From Haliotis rufescens (lineage: Eukaryota), in NCBI RefSeq assembly GCF_023055435.1, contig NW_025963835.1, positions 29,822,001 through 29,886,000 of the forward strand: a stretch of 64,000 bases of DNA, given 5' to 3'. The translations under genes were made by a program, and so were the position numbers. Positions 25,955-36,697 of the stretch are shown piece by piece. Position 1 is the first letter of the stretch, and every line of letters begins with the position of its first letter. A model generated the notes under the pieces. That model made no database searches, was not told the DNA's origin, and worked only from the letters and a program-made list of their open reading frames with translations.

Positions 25955-27065
25955 CAAAACGTCAACGCAGGACAGTGTAAGATGTACTTAAAACGTCAAT
26001 GCAGGACAGTATAAGATGTACTTAAAACGTCAATGTAGAACAGTGTTAGATGTACTTACAACGTCAATGTAGAACAGAGTTAGATGTACGTAAAACGTCA
26101 ATGTAGAACAGAGTTAGATGTACGTAAAACGTCAATGTAGAACAGAGTTAGATGTACGTAAAACGTCAATGTAGAGCAGAGTTAGATGTACGTAAAACGT
26201 CAATGTAGAACAGAGTTAGATGTACTTAAAACGTCAATGTAGAACAGAATTAGATGTACTTAAAACGTCAATGTAGAACAGAGTTAGATGTACGTAAAAC
26301 GTCAATGTAGACCAGAGTTAGATGTACTTAAAACGTCAACGTAGAACAGAGTTAGATGTACGTAAAACGTCAATGTAGAACAGAGTTAGATGTACTTAAA
26401 ACGTCAATGTAGAACAGAGTTAGATGTACGTAAACGTCAATGTAGAACAGAGTTAGATGTACTTAAAACGTCAATGTAGAACAGAGTTAGATGTTTGAAA
26501 ACGTCAATGTAGAACAGAGTTAGATGTACGTAAAACGTCAATGTAGAACAGAGTTAGATGTACTTAAAACGTCAATGTAGAACAGAGTTAGATGTACTTA
26601 AAACGTCAATGTAGAACAGAGTTAGATGTACTTAAAACGTCAATGTAGAACAGAATTAGATGTACTTAAAACGTCAATGTAGAACAGAGTTAGATGTACG
26701 TAAAACGTCAATGTAGAACAGAGTTAGATGTACGTAAAACGTCAATGTAGAACAGAGTTAGATGTACGTAAAACGTCAATGTAGAACAGTGTTAGATGTA
26801 CTTAAAACGTCAATGTAGAACAGAGTTAGATGTACGTAAAATGTCAATGTAGAACAGAGTTAGATGTACTTAAAACGTCAATGTAGAACAGAGTTAGATG
26901 TACGTAAAACGTCAATGTAGAACAGAGTTAGATGTACTTAAAACGTCAATGTAGAACAGAGTTAGATGTACTTAAAACGTCAATGTAGAACAGAGTTAGA
27001 TGTACTTAAAACGTCAATGTAGAACAGAGTTAGATGTACTTAAAACGTCAATGTAGAACAGAGTC
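25955..27065. repeat. 34-bp minisatellite (aaaacgtcaatgtagaacagagttagatgtactt), about 32 units
   Basis: Direct. Confidence 0.95.
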
Positions 27066-27324
27066 AGCTCTCCTTAAATCGGCAATGCATGACAGTGTTA
27101 GCTCTCCTTAGCGCTGCTTTCATAGTATTATTCATTCTCCTTTAAAACGCCAATGTAAGGTATTGTAAAATGCACATAAAAGGGGGAATTAGTTAAGATT
27201 TCAATGATAAGATCAATTCATTGCTTTATGGCTCGAGTTGTAACAATACGTCATGGCGTGTGTGCACCGGGCTCTTATCTACATGGGCATATGGATCATA
27301 TATGACATATAAGAAATGGTGAAT

Positions 27325-27487
27325 GAGTGAGTGAGTGTGGTTTTACGCCGCTTTTAGCAATAGTCCAGCAATATCACGGCGGGGGACACCAGAAATGGGT
27401 TTCACTCATTGTACCCATGTCGGGAATCGAACCTGGGTCTTCGGCGTGACGAGCGAACGCTTTAACCACTAGGCTACCCGACCGCCT
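27325..27487 (-). mobile_element. SINE family 1
   Basis: Near-identical to 3372-3533. Confidence 0.9.
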
Positions 27488-27716
27488 CTATAAGATAGAT
27501 AGGACTAGAGTAATGTAGAAAATAAGTGTTTGTTGTAATATTGCGTTGTTGTTTTACAACTTTCTTACCGCGGGGTGCTGGGACAGGCTCCGGCAGAGAA
27601 GTGGGGTGGATTAGGTGTACTGGGGCAGAGGGTAGGGTGTGTGTTGCGGTGGGGGTGGGGGAGGGATGAAGTGTACTAAAACAGGGGGTAGTGGGGTGGG
27701 TGAGGTGTACTGGGGA

Positions 27717-27748
<32 letters not shown>

Positions 27749-27918
27749 GGGGGGGGTCAGAGTAAACGATCTGATAATAATTAGATTATACCAATGCGAT
27801 GATTTCAGCGGAAGGTGTAACCCGATGTTGAAGCTTTTGTCACAAACGATGCGTGTTATACAGAGAGAAAAATTCAGAGAAAATATTTTATTTCGAATTA
27901 CAAAATTTTAAATTGAAA

Positions 27919-28024
27919 TTATCCCACAATGGGAACAGGGCTCTGTGTCGTGGTGACGCCACAGAAGGATGGGTCCGTCATCTCCAGATCCAGCTTGTAA
28001 CACTTCGTCTTAGAAAATATGCAT
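27919..28024 (-). CDS. Kz1 exon 4 (Kazal-2 C-half plus tail ...TTTQSPVPIVG*)
   Basis: Acceptor gttttgtag|a, phase 2; CIFSKTKCYKLDLEMTDPSFC; TAA at 27921-27919; AATAAA about 25 nt downstream. Confidence 0.85.
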
Positions 28025-28682
28025 CTACAAAACACAATGATATGGATACTATGTTGTGTATGTCGTCAAAATAGAAACAGCTTGAACTTTCTTGAAAAAT
28101 ATAAATTGACCAGAAAACCACCAACCGCGCCTTATAAAATAAAAATAAAACGTTTTGAAAATATGGTGCTGAGAGTTGATAAAATAATCCGGCTCCTCCC
28201 TTCAAAGAGATATCATTTAAGGTCTTGACACAGTGACACCCTACTCTCTCACCCTAGCAATATGTTAAATGGACGAATAAAGTTTCATTAAAGCAGAATA
28301 GTGTCAAGATTCAGAATGCAGATTTATGCACTTTATGTCTTCTGTATTCAGCGTATGCATGTTTAATGTGTATTGTAATGTATCAGAATAATGCGATGAT
28401 CAGTATCATGCGATCTGTTGTGCGTTTTAGATACTCACGATTTATGTATAATGAATGCTCCCGCGCATATCAGCGCGCATGCGCATTTGTGCCTTGCTTG
28501 CTCGATGATACGAATGAGTCATGTTGTTCGGCGTGGAATAATTCAAATCAAAGATACAACATGCCCCCTCCGACTTATTGATATAAAATATTCTATATTT
28601 CTTTGAAAAAGCGTTTTCCATTTCAGAGGGTAAAATATAAGTTACAAAATATGAAATCAAATAGCACAGGTGTGCAGCTTAC

Positions 28683-29294
28683 GTATTGCTGTAGGTGCGT
28701 CCATCGGTACCGCATACGAGCAGAGTCGGCGAACTTCCACACGTGATGCTGTGTATGTTACGACAGAAGACTTCATGGATGATACCGAAAGCAGGGTCAA
28801 CGCCCTCCGTCGTGCTTGGAGCCACCGTTGATGCCGTGACGGCATCTGACGACATCGGAACCGTATCGGTCCGTGTCATGATGTCCGTTGACCTGATATC
28901 GTCCGTTGTTGACATCAGCATGTTAATGAGGTCACTTGTTGCCTTTACCGATAGTGACGGTTTGTCTGACGAGGTCGCTGGATTGGCTTTCTCAGATGTA
29001 TCGGTGCTGGTTTCCATGGAAACCATAGGTGTCACCATGGTAGCCGTCACCGCATCGGATGACATCGGTGTGTCCGTTGTCGCAGTTACCGGGAGAGACA
29101 TCTTTGGGGAGACTGCTGACGTCTTCCCTGCGTCAGTTGTTGCTGCTGTTGCGGACGGAGAAGATGACGGTTTCTCTGACACTCCAACTTTGCTGGTTGT
29201 AATTATGTCGTTAGTGACCGGAGATTGGGGACAGGGACCGTGATTCAAGAGTGTCACGTTCTCATTGTTACATCTGGCGTTAGCAAAGAGGCAG
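28683..29294 (-). CDS. Kz1 exon 3 (Kazal-1 C-half, about 155-aa Thr/Ser mucin-like linker, Kazal-2 N-half)
   Basis: Acceptor ttcctcag|c, donor ac|gtaagc; CLFANARC...HGPC ... FCRNIHSITCGSSPTLLVCGTDGRTYSN. Confidence 0.9.
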
Positions 29295-29379
29295 CTGAGG
29301 AAAAGAAGATTTGAATAACGTTTGAAAGCTGATACGCGATGTGGAGAAATCATGTCATTGTTATACAAAATACCATCAT

Positions 29380-29908
29380 GCATATACTCGCTGATTGCTA
29401 TAAAAATATGATCATCCATATACTAACTGATTGTTATACAATATACCGTCAAACATATACTCACATACTCACTGATTGTTATATAATATACCGTCAAACA
29501 TATACGCAAATACTCACTGATTATTATGCAATATACCGTCAAGCATATACGCAAATACTCACTGATTGTTATGCAATATATCGTCAAGTATATACGCAAA
29601 TACTCACTGATTGTTATGCAATATACCGTCAAACATATACGCAAATACTCACTGATTTTTATGCAATATACCGTCAAGCATATACGCAAATACTCACTAA
29701 ATGTTATGCAATATACCGTCAAGCATATACGCATATACTCACTGATTGTTATACAATATACCGTCAAGCATATACGCAAATACTCACTGATTGTTATGCA
29801 ATATACCGTCAAGCATATACTCGTATACTCACTGATTGTTATGTTATATACTCGTATACTCACTGATTGTTATACAATATACCGTCAAGAATATACTGAT
29901 ATACTCAC
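29380..29908. repeat. 45-bp minisatellite containing copies of the Kz1 exon-2 splice donor
   Basis: Unit atactcactgattgttatgcaatataccgtcaagcatatacgcaa; reads ...aatca|gtgagtat on the - strand. Confidence 0.9.
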
Positions 29909-30077
29909 TGATTGCTATACAGTACGAGGTCAGTACCGCACACGTTCTCGTCTCCGTGTGGTATGTGTGTAGCACAGGATATAGATAGAATTGAGGCACA
30001 CACCTCCTGTGTATACTTCATCATCAAGTTGTTTATGTCGTGAATAGTTTCCCCATGGTTGATCTTCGAGGCTATGA
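29909..30077 (-). CDS. Kz1 exon 2 (Kazal-1 N-half)
   Basis: Acceptor catcttccag|tc, donor ca|gtgagt; VCASILSISCATHIPHGDENVCGTDLVLYSN. Confidence 0.88.
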
Positions 30078-31199
30078 CTGGAAGATGAAAGCAACATGAC
30101 ACGTCAGTAAAGCTCATATGAAGTTTTATTGAAGACATGTGGAGGACATTTCCAAATTTGACGCATTAGTGACCAAAAGAATTATGTACGATGCATTTCC
30201 CTATTTTGATATGTACCATATGTTCCCGTGTGTTTTTTCAGGTGCAAAGTTGATTAGCCTTTGCATGTGTTTGTGACGGCACCTTTTCGTGAACACCTGG
30301 TATCATCACAATTTCATAATCATTCATGAACACGTGCTCATGATGTAGTTGTAATAGTACAATCGGCTTTTGAGCAGAGTTTGTTATGAATATGGAAATG
30401 GTTTTGTCGTTGTACGTTGTAGTTGACTCAGCATTATTGATAAATATTTCTGAGCTTATGGTGAAACAAGGGGACTACAGTTTACCAGCAGAGAAATCAG
30501 TTCAAGTAAATATAAAAAGACAACGCCAGAGAATAACCAGTCTCGATTATCCTCCGAAACAGATTTTATTGGGCGTAAAAGACAAATCAGAGACGAAAAA
30601 TATACGAATTCATAAAATTCTTAATGAAGCTGAACGGAATATTTTATCAGACTGTGATATTTTAACCCTTTCTTACAGCTTCACCCTGGGGTCGACCGGA
30701 CGCTGGGGCTTGCCGCATGTGACGTGAGTTTAAATTTGACTAGTTTGAATGTGGTTGGTTGTAGTTTAACGCCGCACCATGCAATATTCAAGCAATATGA
30801 CGGCGCTCCGTAAATAATTGGACCAGACCAGACCAGACAATCCAGTGATTGACATCGTGAGCATCTATCCAGGCTATTGAGATACGATGACATGTATCAA
30901 CCAAGTCAGCTAGTTCGACTACCCGACGCCAAGCATGGGTTTCTAACCCCGATCTGCGCGGATTATGTTTGGACTGTTTGTTGGTATTACAGCACGTCAA
31001 TGTCGATATGTATTTTGATCAATTGTCACGATTAGCATGTTTCCATAACCTACAACAAGGCTCGTCCTCCTCTAGAGGGCTGCCTTGCGTGGAAACGGCG
31101 CACGCCAATCAGAATGCGCGTCAGCATAACGGTACTTTGATCAACATAATCACAAGTAAACAACTTTCAGAAACAACTTATAAGACTTATAGGCCGAAA

Positions 31200-31480
31200 G
31201 TTCCAGGGTCATCTGTACTTCCTTCATCTTTGGAGATCGGACGAATAATTCAATTTAACCATTCCATTATTCGGGAAACATCCCAGTAGCAAAGATAAGA
31301 ATAAATAGTCTGGTATACAAGGGTGACAATGTATACACTGAAGAATCATTGCTATTGTTACCCTTTAGTAGTTTGATGGCGCATACAATTTCTTGTTCAC
31401 TTATGTCAGTGTTTAAAATATCATTGCAATTACTGACATCAAAATTACTATTATGATCATTCGGATCGTCAGCAATTGTC
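31200..31480 (-). mobile_element. LINE ORF2 remnant (pre-RT region)
   Basis: LNTDISEQEIVCAIKLLK...LF.LIF.TG.FPE.W motif. Confidence 0.6.
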
Positions 31481-31548
31481 ATCAAAGGAAAATAAGGACT
31501 ATATATAATTATAGATCCGTTAATATTTCATATTTAAGAGTGACGTAC

Positions 31549-31588
31549 CGTTGATCAGAGAGGAGAAAATTATGACTTTCACAATCAT
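31549..31588 (-). CDS. Kz1 exon 1 (signal peptide MIVKVIIFSSLIN-VIA)
   Basis: ATG at 31588, 13 codons + 1 nt, donor g|gtacgt. Joined CDS is 927 nt = 308 aa. Upstream tttatag and an Inr-like tcagtc. Confidence 0.7.
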
Positions 31589-32788
31589 AGTGTTAAGGCG
31601 AGGGCTGCTCTGACTGAAAATACCAAGCTGCTATCTCGGGCTACTCTATAAAATAAAATGTTTGCACGTCATAGGTCACAGCCAGAAGTAGTTCTGGCCA
31701 TGGAACGGCGACAGGGAGTGTGCGTCCACGTGACTAGCGTGACCTCTATGGCACTGTGTGGAGTTTCTGCATGGTGTATGCCAGTACAAGACGAGCGTCG
31801 ATGTTGGAAATAATCACTCATCTGTCTCTAATGTTGGTTTGTTTGTTGTTTAACGCCGCTCTCAGCAATATTCCAGCTATATGACAATGACTTGTAAATA
31901 TCGAGTGTAGATCAGACAATCCAGTGACTGATATTATGAGCAACGGTGCATACCCGTCAGCTTGGTATGGGAGGAAATCCGAAATTTTGAAGGTCTAGGT
32001 GTAACCTCTTTGGTGAAACTCAGGAGCACGGGTATGGAGTTGATAAACCAATGATTTTTCAATAATCAGGTCGATCCGGGATTAGATCCTCAAATCATAG
32101 ATTTCTGTCATTCCTACGGGAGTGTATCTCGTGTGAGGTTTGACTTAAGGGGCGATTTTAAATCTGATTACAACCATGCCAAAGAGCGATTTCATGAAAA
32201 TCAGATATTTTACACCCACAGCTTACGTGTGTGAATATTTTGGGACATCTACATAGGGACCTAAGTGAACTTTAACCGCTCAATCTAAATGAAATGAAAT
32301 CAGGTGTCAGCTTTCTGAAGCGATTCGACGTCTCTTCTTTAGCACTTCGATTCGGAAATTTGTATTTGTATAAAAGAAAACGTACACAGAACCCACATTC
32401 ATTACTTCGCTGGAGCCCAGCAGCGACAGGGGTATCACAGATCCACAACTATATAATAGAGCGGCCTTTATTATTTGGATTCGGAACTACTTGTTTAACT
32501 TCGTTAACTTCGATACATAAAATCAGATATGCGTTCACCCATACCGGGAATTTCGAAGCCTCGATGCTGATTGGATGATTAGAAAGTTCACCTGAGGCGA
32601 CCTCCTAAGGAGGTGTCAGATCAAGGAGAGGTATGGTATTGGATTATAATCAGATTATGCCAATGCAATAAATCCAGCGGAAAGGTGTATTCAGATGTTG
32701 AAGATTTTGCCACAAACGATGCGTGTTACACGAAGAGAAAAAATCAGATAAAGTATTTTATTTCGAATAACAGAATTTTCAATTGTGT

Positions 32789-32903
32789 TTATCCGAGCAG
32801 GGGGACAGGGTTCTGTGTCGTGGTGATGACGGGAAGTCCATGTCCTCCACAGTTCACCACCTCCAGGCCAGGCTTGAAGCACGCCACCTTGCTGAACATA
32901 CAC
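32789..32903 (-). CDS. Kz2 exon 4 (...CMFSKVACFKPGLEVVNC...PVPLLG*)
   Basis: Acceptor tctacag|g, phase 2; TAA at 32791-32789; AATAAA downstream. Confidence 0.88.
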
Positions 32904-32954
32904 CTGTAGACACCAGCACACAACCAATCACAGTAGATCCTTGTGTTAGTCCCC

Positions 32955-33243
32955 GTGAGCAATATCACAGCGGGAAACACGTGAACTGGGCTTCACAAAT
33001 TGTACCCATGTAGGGAATCGAACCCGTCTCTTCGGCGTGACGAGTGAACGCTTTAACCACTAGGCTACCCCTCCGCCCCTCTAGTCCTGGGCGGTGGGGT
33101 AGTCTAGTAGTTAAAGCGTTCGCTCGTCACACCGAAGGCCCGAGTTCAATTCCCTACATGGGTACAATTTGTGAAGCCCAGTTCACCCGCTCCCGCCGTG
33201 ATATTGCTGGAATATTGCTGCGGCGTAAAACCAAACTCTCTCA
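32955..33243. mobile_element. Head-to-head pair of SINE family 1 copies
   Basis: - copy 32955-33079, spacer of about 9 nt, + copy 33089-33243. Confidence 0.9.
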
Positions 33244-34053
33244 CCCACAAGCCCGGGAGAGTGAGACGCAAGGCATATAACAGAGATCAATGAAACAGCT
33301 TCATTTGTCAATTACGAGACACCCACGATTACCCAGTGCATTATGTCGTCATTATGTTAGGATAAAAAAACATGGAATCATTTGAGATCAAAACTTCGTG
33401 AGGTGGCGCCACCATCTCAAGCTCTCCTATTGACTACCATAGCACAGACTCAGACTTTTTCTCGCTCGTGTGATGTGACTGGACGACTATGTCCAGAGAA
33501 GGCGAGAAGGCGAGAAAACGATAATGTCTCTTACAGTATTCAATAGACATCCTATCATCGACTGAAGTAGAGAGTAGAATGTCGGTGGTTCAATCCCCTG
33601 ACTGTGTCATACCACAAGATGTAAAATGATGGTACGTGATGAAACATGGACTGGTCAGCTCGGAGTCAACATAACGTATCTGAGTGGAGTAGCCGTATTA
33701 AACTGCAGTAGGCACCTCAGTAGGCTAGCATTATAAACCCAGCCTAAGTTCGGACCTCTACAGGCTGACATACAGACGCACGCACGCACGCAAGTCATGA
33801 TACAAGTGAAATAATCTAGAACGCAACGGTATTGAGAAACCTAGAAACATGATCAGGGCGAACCGTTACTCGAACCCACTATCACGGCATCCTGACACGT
33901 CTAAGAAACGCAACTCTGCACCGCAAATTATGGTACCGTACCTCATATTCATATAGACTTATGTTGTGAAATTATGCGATTCAGTAACAATCCATCAGGG
34001 TCTCAGCGGTGTTATGGAATTCCCTTCCGAAAAGCCAAGGAAAAACTAAAATA

Positions 34054-34755
34054 CGAGGGCTGGCTGAAAGGTTCTAAGCCTAAGTGGGATATCTCAATCG
34101 GATGCCAAAGCTCTTGACAGCGGATCAGAAACGTGTCAGATTCCTGACGTCCCGTGACAATTTATGCCGTTTTGAAGCAGATCCCGATGATTTTTCGGCC
34201 CGATTTGTAACCATGGATGAGACCTGGATTCATCACTTCAAACCAGAAACCAAACTTCAGTATTAACAATGGAAGCATCCGGAATCACCCCCCTTCAGTC
34301 TTTTGGGATTTCAAGGGTATTCTGCTGATTGACTATCTTGAAAAAGACCATACTATCAATGGAAGATATTATGCTGACCTACTGAGACAGTTGCGTGAAG
34401 CTATCAAAGCTAAGCGACGGGGAATGCTCACTAAAGGAGTCCTGTTCCACCAAGACAATGCTCCTGTTCACAAATCGATGGTTGCCATGTCAGCGATCCA
34501 TGATTGTGGCTTCGAACCCATTGACCATCCCCCTTATTCACCCGATTTGGCCCCGTCAGACTTCCACCTGTTTCCCAAAATGAAAAAAGGAACTAGCCGG
34601 TCGCCATTTTCCTAGTAATGATGACGTCATTTCCGCTGTGAATGACTTTTTTAGGGTGGCTAAAGAAATTTTTTTTCTTGACCGGCATCCAGGCCTTGCA
34701 GCATCGATGGCAAAAGTGTGTAAACCTGGAAGGGGACTATGAGGGGAAATAAATG
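34054..34755 (+). mobile_element. Internally deleted mariner (DD34D) transposon relic
   Basis: TA + cgagggctggctgaaag TIR; VTMDETWIHH, FHQDNAPVH, HPPYSPDLAPSDFHLF; stops and frameshifts. Confidence 0.93.
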
Positions 34756-34763
34756 AAAACCAT

Positions 34764-34930
34764 CGTTTTGGTGTAGGTTCTAACACCGTTATCAAACATA
34801 TTCACTTGCTTGATAACGGTGTTAGAACCTTCACCGAAACGTCGCTCTTAATTGTAATAAAGAAGTTGTTCATCCATAAATTCGTATCCTTACTTAGTAC
34901 TCCAACTTCTAAATGCCTATCAAAGAAGAA
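34764..34930 (+). mobile_element. Penelope-like pLTR remnant with inverted duplication and minimal hammerhead motif
   Basis: 32-bp inverted repeat 34764-34795 / 34810-34841 (30/32 match); core ttgataa-c-ggtg...cacc-gaaac-gtc. Confidence 0.6.
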
Positions 34931-34937
34931 TACTTAC

Positions 34938-35276
34938 ATATTGGTGTAGACCTTCCCGTCAGAGCCACATATGTCACTATCAACTCGATTGCCACAGCTA
35001 ATTGCATCGATATTCCTGCAAAACACTTCTTTGATGAGGTCAAGACTAGGATCGTGACCCCAGGTGATGGTGTTCGATGTCGTGGTTGTCACAGTAGGAG
35101 TGGTTGTTGTGACCTTGTTTGACGGGGGGATCGTCTGTGAGGTGACAAGCAGCCCCTGGTCCTTTGTGCTGGGTGAAGGGGGAGTTGTGTGTGGCGCTGA
35201 TGTGATGGGGTCGCAGGCACCATACTTGACGAAATCAACGTCATGATGTTTGCAGCGAGCTTGTGCAAACTTGCAG
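34938..35276 (-). CDS. Kz2 exon 3 (Kazal-1 C-half, 64-aa Thr-rich linker, Kazal-2 N-half)
   Basis: Acceptor tgtttaag|c, donor at|gtaagt; CKFAQARC...YGAC...FCRNIDAISCGNRVDSDICGSDGKVYTN. Confidence 0.9.
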
Positions 35277-35432
35277 CTTAAACACAGGAAATATTCCTTT
35301 ACACAGATGCAACTGTCATATGTCAACCATTTCCACCAAATACAGCATTACAAATGTTATCATGTCAGGTTATAACCCAGTAGACGCCACGACGGACACA
35401 ATAATGTCACATCTGACATTCGTCGCACTTTA

Positions 35433-36002
35433 CCCGTGAAATCCGGATAGGAATAGGTCTTCAGCAACCCATGCCTGCATAAGAGCCGAATATGCTTGTC
35501 GTAAGAGGCGACCAAAGGAATCGGATGGCCAGGTTCCTTTACTTGGTTGATGCATGTCATCGTATCCCAATTGCGTAGATCGATGCTCATGATGTCAATC
35601 ACTGGATTGTCTGGTTCAGATTCGAGTATTTACAGACCGCAATCATGCCTTGGAAGAATGACGGTTAGAAATAGGCATGCATTGGAAAAATGACAGAAAA
35701 AAATAGACATGTCTTTGAAGGTTAACAGGTAAAAAGGGACATTTCTTGGAAAAGTTGGTTGGTTTGTTGTTTAACGCCGCACTCAGCAATATTCCAGCTA
35801 TATGACGGCGGTCTTTAAATAATCGAGTCTGGACCAGACAATCCAGTGATTAATATCATGAGCATCGATCCACGCATATTGGGATCGATGACATGCATCA
35901 ACCAAGTCATCGAGCCTGACCACCCGATCCCGTTAGTCGCCTTTTACGACAAGCATAGTCACCTTTTACGGCAAGCATGGGTTGCTGAAGACCTACTCTA
36001 CC
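35433..36002. mobile_element. Two SINE-like family 2 copies in inverted (tail-to-tail) orientation
   Basis: + copy 35433-35640, - copy 35756-36002. Confidence 0.85.
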
Positions 36003-36140
36003 TTGGAAAAGTGACAGGTAGAAATAATCATATTTTGGAAGAATGACAGATAGAAATAGGTATGTCTTGGAAGAATGAACTGATTTGTTTGTTTGTAAAG
36101 GACGCATGTTTTAGTCAACCAGAGAATCTATAAAACTTAC

Positions 36141-36366
36141 TGACTCTCGTATGTTTCGCTATTAGAGCCGCACACTTTACTATCAGCCGGCAAGGCGTCA
36201 CAGTGGAGGCCATGGATGTGTTGACACATCGCCGGGTTGTATTTGAGGATCACCTCGTTGATTTGGTCCACGACGCTCTCAGTGACCGGAGGTGTCTGTT
36301 GCTGGCCGCCATGGTGGACTTCGGGGTGGTTATTGGGATGCCCTTTCTGGTCAGTCAGCACAATAA
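36141..36366 (-). CDS. Kz2 exon 2 (His-rich N-terminus plus Kazal-1 N-half)
   Basis: Acceptor gcttcag|tt, donor ca|gtaagt; MCQHIHGLHCDALPADSKVCGSNSETYES. Confidence 0.88.
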
Positions 36367-36697
36367 CTGAAGCAGCACATTGGATGGAAGATGAAGGACT
36401 GAGTGCGCCCTAACAGCAATGCATCACTCGTGACGATTGAACTTATGAATTAATCGATACTTAAGAAGATTCTTAAGTACTATTAACTTTAGGAGTACTT
36501 TTTATGCTAAAACTTTTTTATGAAATTGTTAGATTAAAGAGTAACGTTTGGTATTTCTTAGAAATTTCTAAGACCTCTTTAGCACTCAATACATTTTCAT
36601 GAATACCACCCCAAGTATTGATTTCCACAAAGAGTGATCACTGAATACAAACTGAATTATTCACAATGATCACTATATCTCGAACCCCTAAGGATAC

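Noticed and set aside
28695-29243. 182-aa + strand ORF, and similar antisense ORFs over Kazal and K2P exons
   Set aside because: Shadow ORFs of the real - strand exons.
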